Of a stretch of DNA of 64,000 bases, positions 27,222-43,110 are shown in pieces. The position numbers were made by a program, and so were the translations under genes. The DNA comes from the human T2T-CHM13v2.0 reference genome, Homo sapiens. Location of the stretch: NCBI RefSeq assembly GCF_009914755.1, contig NC_060928.1, one strand, 5' to 3'. The notes beneath the pieces are model-generated. The model was not told the DNA's origin. It made no database searches and was given only the letters and a program-made list of their open reading frames with translations. Position 1 is the first letter of the stretch. The number at the start of each line of letters is the position of its first letter.

Positions 27222-27312
27222 ATATACACACACACTCACACACACATATATATACATGTGTATATTTATTTTGTGTATATATGTTTGTGTATATATATGT
27301 TTACATATATAA
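27222..27312. repeat. (CA)n/(TA)n/(TG)n low-complexity tract
   Basis: Read directly from sequence. Confidence 0.85.
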
Positions 27313-27789
27313 ATTACCATATCTCTGATGACATTCTGTAGAACTTAAATTTGGCATGACATTAACTAGCACATCCCATTTAATTTTTATACCTATCAAG
27401 GTGGAAATGATTTCATAGATGAGAAGACTGAGGGTTGGGGCTCAGCTCAACTATTTTGTCTTAGGGAACTGTGTCAGGACTTTACCCAGGTATGTCTGGC
27501 TCCAAGTATGCCTTTCCACAGTACGTCTCTACCTGATGTCTATTTACTTCCATGACAGCTCGCAAAGCAGTCTGGTGGAAGTGCTGGGAGCTGAGGTGAG
27601 AGCGCTACCGTGTAGAGCTGTTGGTGAGTCCTGGTGTTTCCTGTGCTGAGGGAGCCTACTGAGTGCATTGCATTCATCCTTGTCCACCTTGTTTATACTC
27701 TGAATCTACTCAAGGCACCCACTTGACTAAAGTTTGTCAATGCTCTGTCTTCATTATAACTTAAATTTAAAATTAAACATGTTGGACAT

Positions 27790-28250
27790 AAAAAGATGGG
27801 CACATGTATGTTCATTGCAGCTTTTTTATGAGAGAAAAAATGGAAAGAAACCAAATGTCCATCAATAGGAGTATGGATAACCATGTTGTGGTATCTTTAT
27901 GTAATGGAATACTATTTGTCAATAAAAACAATGAGCTACTGATACATGCTTGCAAATGAATAGATACAAAAAGTATTATGCTCAGAAAAAGAAGTTAGAC
28001 TCAAAATGAAACTTATTATACCATTCTATTTCTATAAAGTTCAAGAAAAGGCAAACTAATCTATGGAATAAAAATCAGAATAGTGGTTGTCTCTCACAAA
28101 CAGAAACCAGAAAAAGATGTGAGGCAACTTTCCAGTGTAATGGAAATGCTTTATGTGTTTATCGGGATATAAACATTTATTAAAACTGGTTGAACTATAT
28201 AATTAACATCCATGCATTTTATTATATGTATTTATACCTTGGTTTAAAAA
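27790..28250 (+). mobile_element. L1MC/ME-type 3' end
   Basis: 'gttcattgcagc...aaccaaatgtccatcaatagg...atggaatactat...ggcaaactaatctatgg'. Confidence 0.7.
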
Positions 28251-29118
28251 CTAAGTTTGTTAAAGGCTTAAGGGTTAATCTATATTCTAGTGCCTCCTTA
28301 AGCCCTATCAGCTTTGAAACTCTGCTAAGTGCATCTGTCAGCATGGAATATGTTTGGATTACTGCACCAACCCTGCCTTACATGGACACAAACAGATCCA
28401 CGGGCCACAACATGACATAATTTTGAGGGAAAACAAAAAGAAAACATACTCTTTAGAGTTAGATAATCTACAGAGTTAAGCTTAAAATAGTCCATAGTTT
28501 TCCCCTCAGCATTGTCTGTTGGTTGGAAGCTGCTGGGCCACCGCCCTCCATGTATATAGGAGCACCTAGAAGTTTCATGTGGGACCACAAGGCTTTCCCT
28601 TGCTGTGAATGTGGAAAAAAGTAATTCCATTTGTAGTGCCTAGAACTTTGGTATGGTTCCAAAAATAATGTGAATGTGAACACTATTGTAAGGTAATAGA
28701 AGAAACCTTGTAGTAAAGGGCAGGAAAATTGATTTCCAGTACTCTGGAAATGAAATAAATTCATGTAGGAGTTGGTGAAAGCAGTCTTTATATGTCTAAA
28801 ACAATAAAAAGAAATATCTCATTTCAACTAAATTCACACTAAACACCCACACTGGAATCGTTTTAAAGTTTCCTAGAATGTGTTTCTTTGATTTAGTTTT
28901 GATAAGCTTGCTGTCTGTTGAGAAAGAAAAAATGTCAAGTGAAGAAATATTATAAAAAGCACTGCAGTTGGTTTGTTTAGCCATCTCAGAATATGGATAT
29001 TAAAGTGTTACTGGTGAGCCTCCTCACAAAAAAATATGAACAAAGGTCTTGCTTTAATTATCTTTGTATCTTCAGCATTCATTTTTCACTGTGCCTGGTC
29101 CATAGTAAGTGGTGAAAT

Positions 29119-29177
29119 GATGGATGGATGGATGGATGGATGGATGGATGGATGGATGGATGGATGGATGGATGGAT
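29119..29177. repeat. Perfect (GATG)n tetranucleotide STR, ~14.7 units
   Basis: Read directly; grows from the end of an L2-like 3' fragment ('cactgtgcctggtccatagtaagt'). Confidence 0.97.
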
Positions 29178-30739
29178 AAAAGAAAGAAACTTTGAAGCAT
29201 CTGTTGCCTGTAATATCAAAGACTAACAAAGAGAAAAACTGGCTTCTATTACTACTGGCTTGTGGAAATATAAATTTGGAGCTTATGAAAAAGCTGAAAT
29301 TAAGAGGCTACAAATCTCCTACTTCACAGCCATTAGGTACAGAAGTAAGTCTCTAGCTTGCTGGTGTTATGTGAATTGAAGAGAAAAATAGTCCTCTGGT
29401 GAAGGGATAAAAGTTTTGAATAATGTCCAGTGTGGGTAGCAGCTATTCTGGGTGAAAATCATGACCATGTAATTCTCCAAGAAAGCTAATCCCTCTCGTT
29501 TCTCTTCTCATTTCAATCTTTCTTATTCAGTTTTAACTGCAGAAGCTGTGGTCTATTGATTTTTAAAATGTTCAAAAATAATCAATAAAATCACCACACC
29601 ATTTAAAATTTATTTTCCTGTATTTGACTTCATTCCCAGGTTTCCTGTGAATTGATTACTGCAATGGTCAAAGAAGTAAACCTTCTTGTTACTGCTCTAA
29701 GGTTAAAATGCTATTGTCTAAGACTGATTTGTCAACTTGGTAATTTCATATAAGTTGAAGAATTTAGGTTTTTTACTGCAAACCTCTACTCATTCCTTCT
29801 TAACATTAATAAGAAGTCACATTTATTAACTTCTATTCAGAAGAAGCACTGAAAAGCATAAATACCATTTAGCATAACTCTGCAAACATTTTAGGTTTAA
29901 GAGTAACAATTTCTATCCCATAACTTTTTCCACTCAGAGTTTTTATATCAGTCACAATAATTAGACCTATCTTCAAAATTAATGGAAAAGAAAAGACAAT
30001 GTAAAGAGTATAATGTTAATCAGAAAATGTAATTCAATGTTCTGCCATAATCAAAGAAGGCCACAACACACTGTGCTCCAGGAAATGGCATCTCTCATTT
30101 TTCCCAAGCATGTTGTGAATAACTGCATTGCTCTGAAACTTACACGTATGATTTACATCAATTTCAGTTTTGTTCGTTATTCTGCTTAGAGTGAGTAATA
30201 GTCTTGTGAGTGAGTAATGAACTACCTTATTAACTTGGGGTTGACTCCTTCACTGTCTAGGTATACCTATAGAACAAAGTTTGAACAATGCAATGGAAAG
30301 TCTTTACATTATGATCAAGGTATTTATTAAAACCTACTATTTATGATATGGTTTTTATAAAGAGTAAATGACAGTAACTGACATATAATGATTACCTCAC
30401 AAGTGTTTAAAATGTCTTTTGCATTTATTATAAAGTGAATGACAATTGACAAATCAGCCAACATTAAATCTAGCTATAAATTACATAGTAATATCAAGTG
30501 TAACTTAAATGGAAAGCGGAGTAATGAAGAGGCAGCAATGGAATATTATAGCTTAGCAAGAATGTGTTTCAGAAAATTGCAATCGTTCTTTCTTTAAATT
30601 TTGAAACAAATGGCTATATTGTGCTAACCAAACGCCCTCTTTCTTCAAATATAAATTTTATTTTAGGAAATGAATGAAGCAATTTTTTCCTCCCACTAGT
30701 GCCATGGAAGAACTTTGTCAAGTTCTGAATTTTCTTGTG

Positions 30740-30815
30740 TCTTTCTTATGATTAGGCAGAGTAAGGTGTTTAGTTTCTTTCTTATGATTAGGCACAATAA
30801 GGCATTTACTTTCTC
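30740..30815. repeat. Two-copy ~36-bp tandem duplication
   Basis: 'ctttcttatgattaggca' at 30741 and 30777 with similar downstream bases. Confidence 0.8.
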
Positions 30816-33664
30816 CATTAGGTCCATCTTTTTCTGCCACCTTCTTTGCTCGCACCTGTTACCCTAGCTATCACCGATACTGTGCTTATAACTTCTCCAT
30901 GGTCCCCTGAACTGGATAGTGGCCCCCATGCAAGCCAATGCCTCATTTGATCCACTCTGCTGCCTTCATTGAAGTCTTTTAGATTTTGTTGTTGTCAAAT
31001 AACCTATTCTTTTGTGACTTTCCTCTCTAGCCTTGAACAGTATCTACTACCAATTTTAAAACACCCAAATTCATGAAAAACTTCTGTTTCTCATGGTGGC
31101 CAACACTCGTTTCACCACAAAGACCAATTCTGGCTTCTCTTGGGTGGCAGCTTCTCACTGTTTGATACAGTAGCACCAACATATGCAAAGACTCTTCCAA
31201 TTTACCTTAATAAAGTATGAATCTGAATGAGGAGCAGAGCTTTTGAGCTATTGCAGGAAAACATAATTACAAGGAGAACTTGTCTGGGTTTGAATCAGCC
31301 TGAAATTGTAGGCAAATCCTTTGACCCCCACCCTTGATGTAAAACCACACGACCAAGAGAGGACATCATCTCCTGATGCCAGCTCATCACATTTAAAGAA
31401 AAATGAGTTCCATGTGTTTTTCACAAAACTTGAAATTTTAATGAACTCTCCAGTCCATCATCCCATAATTGTACTTAAGATTTTCCTTATACCATGGAAG
31501 ACTAAATCTGGCCTATTTTGACTATTACATTTGAGCCAATATTTCTATCAAGGAATGACTACTTCTAGATTTTTAGGTATTTCTATATAAAATTGAAACA
31601 TATTTTTTTAAATATAGAGGTTATTTTTCTTCCAGAAGGAAGACTGCCAGGTATCAGGTGAAAATAGGCATTTTAACATTTTTGATGGTGGTGGTGATGA
31701 CAGTGAGAAAAGTTCATGTTTTCCAGAGTTGTTACATTTCTTGCTTAATCTAATTTATTTTATTCCGATGTTGGCCTATCCTTTAACTCATCATTACTTT
31801 ATTCTATTTGATTTTATTATAAATTGTTTAAAAAGTTTTAGTTTTAAAAACCAAAGAGAGACGTTTGTCACATCCTTTGCCTCTGAACATGGCCATGCCT
31901 GGAGAGTACAAAGGCATAGATAACCATCTTGACTTTCAAAATCCCTCGAACAGATGCATTTCGTAGGTATTTAAAATTTTGAATCTAAATAACTGATATT
32001 TTAATATTTAGAATGGTGGATAGGAATTAGGAGGAGGACAGAAATTATATCCCTAGTCAAGTTATGGTATAGTAGGAAGACCTCATCCTCTGCAAAAAGG
32101 GACACACACACAAAAGCAGTCATTTCATCAGTCTCTTACTTAGTAAGTTCTTTTTATATGTGCAATACCATGACAGCAATGCAGAGAGTTATTTGGGAAT
32201 AGAAGAAAAGCAATTAAGTAACTAGAGAATGTCAACATAAAAAAAGAAAAAAAAAACCCTAAAACTAGACATTTTTAGGACAGAGAAACCCTAGTCAAGA
32301 AAAAAAAAATCAGCTACAAGAAAATGAGACATACTTAAGGAGATTATTCTTTCAAGGGGGAGAAACTTGCTTGGAATGCACTAGGCCACAGATATCCTTA
32401 AGAATCCACATTGGACACATTCAAGCAGAAAATATCACTATAATTCTCAATAAATGTCCACTAAGTGACCAGCTGGTCTCAGAGGTCCAGTGAGTGTTGT
32501 AACCTTTATGGTTGATGCAACAGAATGAGCCATATCGTACAAAATTACAAGACCACAACCGAAGACTGGCAGTGATTTGTTTTTTGTGGAATCACAAACT
32601 ATTATTATTGTCATCATTGCAGAAGGTCCAAGGCAGTGGAAAACCTAGGGGACACCAAAAATATAACCTACCTAGTAACTAAAAGACTATATTTGTCAAT
32701 TGTGGAACCTCTGAAATGATGATTTCTGAGAACAGATTTCTCAGTTCTTTACCAAAGAATGTGCTGATTTGATTTCAAAAAATTGGCATTTTAACACCAT
32801 AAAATGAACACTCATGAAACATTCAGGTTATTCTAAAAGTTACTGAATAATCAAATAATACCATGAAACCTCTCTAGTAAGTAAAAAATTTGTTTCTGGG
32901 TGAAAATACAGAGAGTCGAAGAATATTGTTACATAAAGAGCAAGTTCAAAATTATTCCCTCGTCTGTCCATTTGTAGAAAAAGGTTTTTGTTTGTTTGTT
33001 TTTTCCTTCACTGTGGCTGGTATAGAATGGGGAAGAAATCCACCATGTTTACTGGAAGGCTGGTATGTCTAAGCATGCCAATACAGTTACTTTTGTCACT
33101 TGCTCTATGTCCTTGAATAAATAGCAATGTCCATTTTCTCAGTAAGAAGATTACTCCAAAAGTTTCTTGGCCAACTTGTGTCTAGAAATTTTCAAGAATA
33201 CATATATTTAATTTTTTTGTTCAATGCTTAAGATTAATCATATTTAAAAATAACTAAAATATTCCACTAGAAAGAGAATAATTCTCTATTAGGAGGGAGG
33301 GGATTCAAACAGAAGCTTAAGAAATCAAATGAGTTTACCGCAGTTTAGATTCATTTGAAGGCAAATGTAGATGATTTTGAACACCCTCCTCCATTATTTT
33401 TTTGACCTTTTTTTAACTTTTCACTTATTACTCTATCACACTCTAAGCATTATATAATTGCTTATTTATTGTATATATCATCTGTCTCCCTACTAAAATA
33501 TATGGAGGGATTTTGTCACTATTATATTCCCAGAGCCCAGAACAAAGTATGTAATGACACCTGGTAGACTCGATAAATACGTATTCAGTGAATAAATGAA
33601 TGAGAATGAAGCCTGGAAATCATCTAACTGTGAAGCACTGCTTCTTTAACTTCATAGTTAGTGA

Positions 33665-34901
<1,237 letters not shown>

Positions 34902-35306
34902 AAAAATTTTAATGCCACATTTATCATTGGTAAAATCACAGACGTATTTGATTCGCCTTTTGTTTTGGCAATTTTAGGTACAGCATTTACTAGAGTGTGA
35001 AAAACCAGAGATACTACCCTTATGCTTGTGTAGTGGTTGAAAGAGATAAAGCAATAGATCAGAATCTAGAGTTTGGCCTAAACTAATTGTTCAATATAAA
35101 GGAAGTCAACAAGTGTCCCATAATATGTAAGACAATTTGCAAGGCAAATCCCTCCTCCTGAAGGCTAATTTTAGGTAGAAACCTTGTAGCTTGTTTAGAT
35201 GAATATTGTATATGATTAAAATAACATTTCTCTTTTCAGTTGATTTAGAGTCATTCATCCTATTTTGTTAAGCTGTTCAGTTTGAGTCAAATGAGAGTGA
35301 GTCCCT

Positions 35307-35676
35307 TGCTCTGGACTGAATGCTGTGTCCCCGCCAAAATCCATATGTTGAAACCCTAATCTTTAATGTAATGGTATTTGGAGGTGGAGTCTTTGGCAGT
35401 TAATTAGAATTAGGTTAGGTCATGGGATGGGGCCTCATGATGAGATTAATGCCTTCATAAAAGTAGGAAGAGAGAAGAGATTCATTTCTCACCATGTGAG
35501 GGTACAGGAAGAAGGCAGCCACTTGCAAACCAGGAGGAGGGCCCTCACCAGACACAGATCTGCCATCTCCTTACTCTTAGATTTCCCAGCTTCCAGAACT
35601 CTGAGAAATAAATGTGTGTTGTTTAAACCACCCAGTCTATGGAATTCTGCTATCACAGCCTAAACTGACTAAGATA
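35307..35676 (+). mobile_element. MLT1A/MST-type solo LTR
   Basis: Starts 'tgctctggactgaatg', contains 'agaactctgagaaataaatgtgtgttgtttaaaccacccagtctatgg', ends 'ctgactaagata'. Confidence 0.85.
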
Positions 35677-36469
35677 CCTTGAGTATAAATCTGGCAGGAA
35701 AGAGAGGTTTAAAAAATTTTACACATTTTAAAATAGGTCTTTAATTTCATTGGCTACAAACCTATTCAGAAAACACATTCTATAATGGCTATCAATATTG
35801 TTCCTACAGATGAGCTACGAGCTTCTTATTCAATCTCTCAGAGCAAAAAGCAATACTGATAGACTTGCATTCTCAAAATAATATTGTCCCATTGGGGAAT
35901 GGTTCTTAGGAGTACAAAAAAATCTTAGATATTACAATTGTTTATAGCCCTCCAAAGCTCAACCCTATCCAACAAAATCTTATTCCTTTTTCTTGAGACT
36001 ATAAGCCAATTTCATTGTTTATCATCATGTCATACAAAAATCTAGAAACAATAATGAATTTGTACAGAAAAACCAAATGAATAGCAAATCAGAGCACAAC
36101 AAAAATAACTTAAATTTGCTATTTTTTTCTCATGATATTAGGAAGATAATCATTTCAAAGCACATGTGTCTACCTTCAGAGTAGTTTTTGTTTACTGGCC
36201 AAAGCCTGCCATAAAGTTAAGGCTTTCAGTGCCTCTGTCCGCTCTACTAGCTCTTGGCAAGACTTTTGAGGTCTTCAAGAAAAGTAATGTATCCTGGTGC
36301 TCTGGGCTCTGCTGAGCTCTACCAATTCATCTGCAAAGGAGTTGTCCACCCCTTGGTATTTAATTTCTCTCCATAAGGAGACTTTAAATTAAATTAAATT
36401 TTGCTCTTTAGCAGAACAATAATGAAAGAAATGGTTCAGAAACACTGGAATAGATGGTCTTCTATTCGT

Positions 36470-38030
36470 TATTTATTAGGCATTATTTCAAGAATATTTA
36501 TTGAATACATGCTCTAATTCAGGCACTGTGTGGAGATACTTCAGGCACTTTGGCTGGAGATATAATGACAGATAAAATATTGTTCCTATTCTCAGCAACT
36601 CATAATCTAGAGGGTATGAGAGAGAGGCGACCAGCCACAGTAGAGAAGGTTCAGCACCACCACAGGGGTGCTACGGAAATGTATGGAGAGGTAGATCCAG
36701 CCATGGTTGAGATGAGAATAGGGGCAGGCTTCCTGCAGGATGTGACTTCAGAACTGAGTCCTGAAGGACAGACCAGAGTTAGACAGACAAAGGTAGGATG
36801 TGCAGAGACCCTGAGAAAAAGATGCGAGGTGTGAAGAAGGAAGTGAAATATTTTTAAATGACTGAGCTTACTGTGAGGGACAGATGTAAAAGGGGTGGGC
36901 CTGGAATCGTATGTAAGAGTCAGATCATGAAGGGCTTTCTAGGAAACTCTGAGAAGCTGATATTGTATCCTGAGTGTATCCCAGTCATGGAAGACTTTAA
37001 GCAGAAATTTAAAATATATTAGTGGTATTTTAGAAAGTTTGCTTTGGCCACAGTGCGAAAAATGGATTGAAGGGAAGACAATAAAGAGGCTCTTGTATTA
37101 ACTCAGATGAGGCAATAGTGGCCTCAAATAAAATAATAGCAGTAGTGATATAGAGAGTAGTAAGATTCGAGGGGTGTAGAGTTGACAGGAATGGACAGGC
37201 CTACATTGAGCAGGTAGGGTTAAGGAACAGGTAGGTGATTAGGATGACAACCATACTTCCAGCTTGACCAAATGGACAAAGAATACAGGAAAAATGATAG
37301 TTGGGAATTTGAGATAATTTTGGAACTTGCAGGTGGAGATTTCCATTATAAGTTTGATATGTGACCCTGAAGCAAAAGAGGAAAATCTGTATTAAAGTAA
37401 CAGATGTGTAACTGAAGCCATGAGAATGAGAGGAGTCATCCAAGGAGACTGCAGAATGAGAAGAGGAAATGGACAAGGACAGAGCCCTGAGAATGTGAAC
37501 ATCAGAACACAAAGAAAGAACAGCATATAGAAGCACCTGAGAAGTAGCACGAAGGGAGGGAGGAGGAAAATCAGACCGTGCAGTACCATAGGTATGGTGG
37601 AAACGTAGAGCTTTTGAAAGAGGATGAAACAGTTGGTGGTGTGAACTGCCATAGAAACCATGTAGGAAAGTGACTGAAAAGTGTCCATTCCAGTTAACAA
37701 GCAAAAACTCATAGATTAACAAGAAAGAAGTCATTGGTACCTGTTTCCAGAGTTGTGGAGGCAAAGGTGATATTGCAGTAGGTTGAGGAGTGAGTAGATG
37801 GTGAAGAAATTAAGTCATCAAATGTTGGCAAGTTTGTAGAAGCTTGGCTGTGAAAAGAAAGCAAGTGATCTATGAGAAACTAGGTGTAAATGTGTATGAG
37901 CAAGAGAGCGTTTTTGTTTCTTTGTTTTATGGAAGAGACTTGAAAATTAAATGCCAATGAAAAAGAGCCAATAGGGAGAAATCGATAATACAGTTGGGAG
38001 AGAAAGTTGCCTGGGAAGGCTACAGATAGA
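36470..38030 (-). mobile_element. L2 LINE relic
   Basis: Begins with the reverse complement of the L2 3' end ('atttattgaatacatgct...aggcactgtg'); purine-rich L2-like body. Confidence 0.75.
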
Positions 38031-39364
38031 TCCAGCAAGATTTAACCTTCATTCGCTTATTCAAGATTCCTAAATCTTGAATAATGAAGATTGGGAAGGA
38101 GAAAAATGAATTCAAGAGCTTTCCTTTGGCTACAGGAATCACATCAAGAGAAGAGTCTACAAGTACTCTGCCCTCAGATCTATCATCTGCAAACAGTGTT
38201 GTGTGTTAAACTTCGACCTCTCTTTTAGAAAGGGCAAGGACTCAATTGAGACGTCTTACTAATTCACCTGATGTCAAATTCTATGAGACCTTCTAGTCTC
38301 ATGTAAATAACCATAGATGTGGTTTCCCTGACTCCATATAAAGCAATTTAAACAGATGCAATCCTTGCCCTTCAGTAAATCACAATAAAAAACAGATGAC
38401 ATGGACACACACAACCACCACCACCACCACCGCATAAGGACACAATATTATAGTAAGAGAACATGATGGTCTTAATAAGCATCTATAGTAGGTACAAGTT
38501 TGGTATTTGTTATTTCTGGCTTACGGAATACATGAAGGTTTTGCTGGGAAATTGGGTGGGGTTAGGAAGAGCACTACTTGACCTTCACTTAAACAGGGGA
38601 GACCTGGGACAAAAGAGAAGAGGTAGAGCTGTGATTCCTTTAAGTTCCCAGGATGAAACCTGTCTCTTTTATCCCTCACCACTCAGACTTACAAGCCCTC
38701 AATAAATAACAGTAGTTGACTGATTGTATAAAGTCATAGACCTAGATACTTAGTGATGGAAAAACTAGGCAAAGTTTGAGCAGATAAGGCTGGATGGAAG
38801 GCAGAATGCATACTGGAAATTAGGAGGTTAAAGGGGCATGAAATGTTCTTAGATTGCCTATCAAAGGGTCTAGTAATGGAGGATTAAAGAGTAATTATAG
38901 TGATGTCCAGACAGCTCAGCAGAATACTGTAAAGGTGAGGGTTGGTGCCCAAACTAGATACTACGTTTTGGTTTCAGAGAGCAAGCTGGATGTAGAGGAT
39001 ATGAAAGAAATAGCAGAGAGTTTAGAGATAAATATAATGTTAGCATAGCCAATATTTTAACATTTTTCTGATAGAAAAATTTCATCATATAAAATTTTGA
39101 CATAAAAATTATGTCATTCTAAGCTAGAATCCAAAAAATTCTAGCTTCTTAAGCTTTCAAATAAGAGCTGCAAAGAGACTTTACATGAAAATATGTTTGA
39201 AAAGTATTTATCTCCTTTTTCAGTCTTGGCTATTCATGAGTCTTATATAAGGCATCTTGAAATGTATTCTAGCAAGCAAGGAAGACTAAATGAGTTTGGA
39301 AAGGGAGCTAGGGTCTAGATATTTTTAGATTGAGGGAGCTTTGCCCAAAGTCAAAAGCTAGCAA

Positions 39365-40702
39365 GAAGGCAGCCTATGAAATGGGAGAAACTATTTGCAA
39401 ACCATGTATCTAATAAGTGGTTAATTTCCAAAATATATGTTTAAACTCCTACAAATCAACTTTAAAAACCTAATGATTCAATTAAAATTGGCTGAAGACT
39501 TAAATAGACATTTCTGCAAATAAGACATACATTTGGTCCACATGTATAAAGAGACACTCAATGTCTCTTATCATGAGGAAATTGCAAATAAAAACCACAG
39601 TGAGATAGCACCTCATACCAGTTAGGATGGCTATTATAAAAACAAAAAGTACAAGTGTTGGCAAGGATGTGGAAAAACTGGAATCCTTGTACATTGTTGG
39701 TGGGAATGCAAAATGTTGCAGCTGCTGCAGAAAATAGAATAAAGTTTCCTCAAAAAATTAAAAATAGAACTACAGATGTTCCTCAACTTATGATGGGGTT
39801 ACATCCTGATAAATCCATTGTAAGTTGAAAATATTATTAAGTCAAAAATGCATTTAATACTGAACATCATAGCTTGGCCTAGCCTACCTTAAATGTGCTC
39901 AGGACACTTACATTAACCTATAGTTAGGCAAAATCATCTAACATACAGACTATTTTATAATAAAGTGTTGAATATCTCATGTAATTTATTGAATACTGTA
40001 CTGAAAGTGAAAAACAGAAGGGCTGTATGGGTGCTCAAAGTATGATTTCTATTGAATGTATCACTTTCACTCATTGTAATGTCAAAAAAGTCATAAACCA
40101 TTGTAAGTTGGGGATTGTCTGTATATGATACAGCAACCCTACTTCTGGGTACTTACCCAAAGGAATCTGAATCCAATCTCAAAGAGATACTAGCACCCCA
40201 TGTTTGTTGCAGCACTATTCACAATAGCTAGATATGGAAACAACCTAAATGTCCATCAGTGAATAAATGGATAAAGAAAATGTGGTATATGCATACAATG
40301 GAATATTATTCAACCTTAAAAAAGAGGGAAAGTCTGAAATATGAGGCAACATGGATGAACTTTGGGGACATTACGCTAAGTGAAATAAGCCAATCACAGA
40401 AGAACAAATGTGGCATAATTCCATTTGTATGAGATATTTAACATAGTCAAACTCATGGAATCAAAGAGTGAAATGGTGGTTGTCCAGAGCTAGTGGAAAA
40501 GGAAAATGAGAAGCTGCTAATCAATAGGCATAAACTCTCACTTAACGCGAAATGCTGAAGTTCTTGAGATCTGCTGTATAACATTGTGCCTATACTGAAC
40601 AGTATTGTATTGTACACTTAACAATTTAAGACAGTAGATCTCATATTAAGTGTTCTTTCCAAGATAAAATAAAATTTGAAAAAGTTTGAAAATTTAAAAA
40701 AT
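39365..40702 (+). mobile_element. L1MA/MB 3' portion inserted in a MIR and interrupted by MER47A
   Basis: L1 ORF2 end and 3'UTR; exact 12-bp TSD aaaagctagcaa at 39353-39364 and 40703-40714. Confidence 0.85.
39773..40121 (+). mobile_element. MER47A-like TcMar-Tigger non-autonomous DNA transposon
   Basis: TA|cagatgttcctcaacttatgatgg...ccattgtaagttggggattgtctg|TA: terminal inverted repeats and TA target duplication. Confidence 0.85.
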
Positions 40703-41359
40703 AAAAGCTAGCAAAAGACAGCACTAAGATTTTAATATTTGATTCCAAATCCTATAGCCATAGAATTGATTGTAAGGGGATATAGGCAAGTGCCTGGGAT
40801 TAGAATATTACTACTGTAGCCTGGAAAGTAGTAATGAGAACTTGAACAAAGACAGAACTGACAGGAAAGAAGGGAGAAGGTTGGATTCTAAAGGAAACAT
40901 GAAAGTGGTATTAATAGGATTTGACAACTGAGTATATGTGGCAGGTACATTACAGTGAGTGTGGGGTTTTGCCAGAATGGATTCATCTTACAGAGCAGTT
41001 GGTCATGGCGGGCCAATGAAATGAATCTATGTTCACATACCATCTAAGAGAATCAATTTATCACCTGTTTAAATGAAGAAAAATGATATGATCATGAGAA
41101 CTTCAGTAAGAAGTGTTGTTGGGACAGTCCTGATTAGAGAAATAGCAAAGTTAGTAAGGATCTGTGATTCTTACTGTGATAGTACTATTCCTTAGAAAAA
41201 AATGCTTTAATGAGCATATATGAATAAATCTAATCAATTTAGTAGCTAGACGACTGTTGGAAAAGTTTGCTAGGGTTAATGATGTATTGAAAATAAGGTA
41301 TCACAGTATATTATAAATTGAAACAGTCTTAGAGGTCACCTATAATAGTTCTATCATTT

Positions 41360-42010
41360 CCTTAAAAAACTATTTATAGATCATTTCAAACATATACAAA
41401 AGTGGAGATAAATATCATGACTTACCATTAATTCATTAACAATTTGACAATTATCATTTTATGGCCAATCTTTAATCATTTCTCCACCCTCAGATAACTA
41501 TTTTATCTCTGAAAAACAAGAATTCTTTTCAAAACCAAATAACAATAATAATAATAATATCATCACATCAGTTTTAGGTGTGATGATACTATTCCTTAAT
41601 ACTAATATATACTTAATTATATACTTATTTAATTACTTAATACCAATATAATTCCTTAATAATAACAATCATTCCTTAATACTATAAAATGCTGATTAGC
41701 ATTCAACATTTCTCCAATTCTTTCATAATTTATTTAGAAATGTCTCTAAAGTCTTTATAATTTGAGTTTCCCTTTCCTTCTTTTTTATTTTTCCTTCTAT
41801 TTTATTGAAGAAATGAAGTAATGCATCTAATAAAGTTTCCCATGTTCTGGATTTTCCTGAATGTGTCTCAATGGTCTTATTTTACATGTTCTTCTATCCT
41901 TGTATTTCCTCTAACCTGGTAGATATAGAGGCCTGATCAGATTCAAGTTCATTTATTTGGTCAGAATGCTCCATGAGTGTGAAGGTACACATAATGGCTG
42001 GTTTCTTCTT
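41360..42010 (-). mobile_element. Decayed L1MC/ME 3' fragment
   Basis: 'atttcaaacatatacaaaagtggaga' and 'atagaggcctgatcagattcaagttc' resemble old L1 3' ends. Confidence 0.5.
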
Positions 42011-43110
42011 TTTGGTGAAAACTCTCTTATTTTTTAAAGATGGTTTAAATTGAAGTCTCAGAATGGTTAAGAGGTAGAGTCAAGTTAGTGGGAGAGTCAA
42101 GACTGAAACCTCAGACTTTTGAGTCTCAGTCTCTACCTCTTTCATTATATCATGTTACTATCAAAAAAAGCTTGCTAAGTGACTAGAACATAGCAGGTGG
42201 TCTATTCGGCATTGCATAAGACATGGTTGCACCATTCACAAAATTATCCAAGCCAGAAATCCAGAAGTCATCCTAGGCTTCTCCACCTCTCTTACTTCTA
42301 CTAAGTCCTACTGACTGTATCTATTTTACATCACTCTCATTTGTTCCCTCCTCACCACTCCCACTGTCACTACATTATTTCAGACTTTATTGTTGATTTA
42401 TTGGACCACTATGATTAGCCTTTGTAAGCTGCCCTTCTCCATAACAATCTTGCCTTCTTCAGTCACTGCTGCCTTGTTAACAAAAGATTTTTCCAGCTGA
42501 AAATCTGAATATGTTATTTTTCTCAGTTTTCATGATGGAGTTCATACTCCTTAGTGTGACAGACAGGTCCCTCCATCATCTGGCTTTGCCTATCTGACCA
42601 ACCTCATGTGTCACTACTTTCACTCACAATATTCCAGTCTATTGAATTATTGAAGTTTTCTGGGTCTGCCAGCAAGAATATGTAGTGATTAAAATGTGGG
42701 CTCTAAAATTAGACATACTTGACTTTGATCCTTGAATTTCCCCATTTACTAGTTGTGCAATACAAGGCATACTTACCAGCACTGTGTCTCATATACCTCA
42801 CCTCTGTAATGGGAATAATCTCAAAGAATTGTTTTCTATGTGTACGAAGAATGAAAGAAATAGTGCAGGTGAAGAATTCGCATGTGAGCCCTCGCTCAGT
42901 AAATACAGGGTGGTGTTGTTATGTGGTTTCATATGCCTTTATAACCTTTGAACACATTCCTAATAATGTTTCTCTCCTCCTTCTTGACAACCTCTCCTTC
43001 TTGACAAGCTAGCAAATTCTTACTCTTGTGTAAGGGCCCAGCTCCACTGCTCTTTTGCCAATTAGTAGTAAACCTCTCTCATTCCATAGCGCCTCGGAAC
43101 CTTGTAGATA

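Noticed and set aside
37201-37764. 187-aa minus-strand ORF
   Set aside because: It lies in a decayed L2 relic, has a non-ATG start and shows no recognisable domain.
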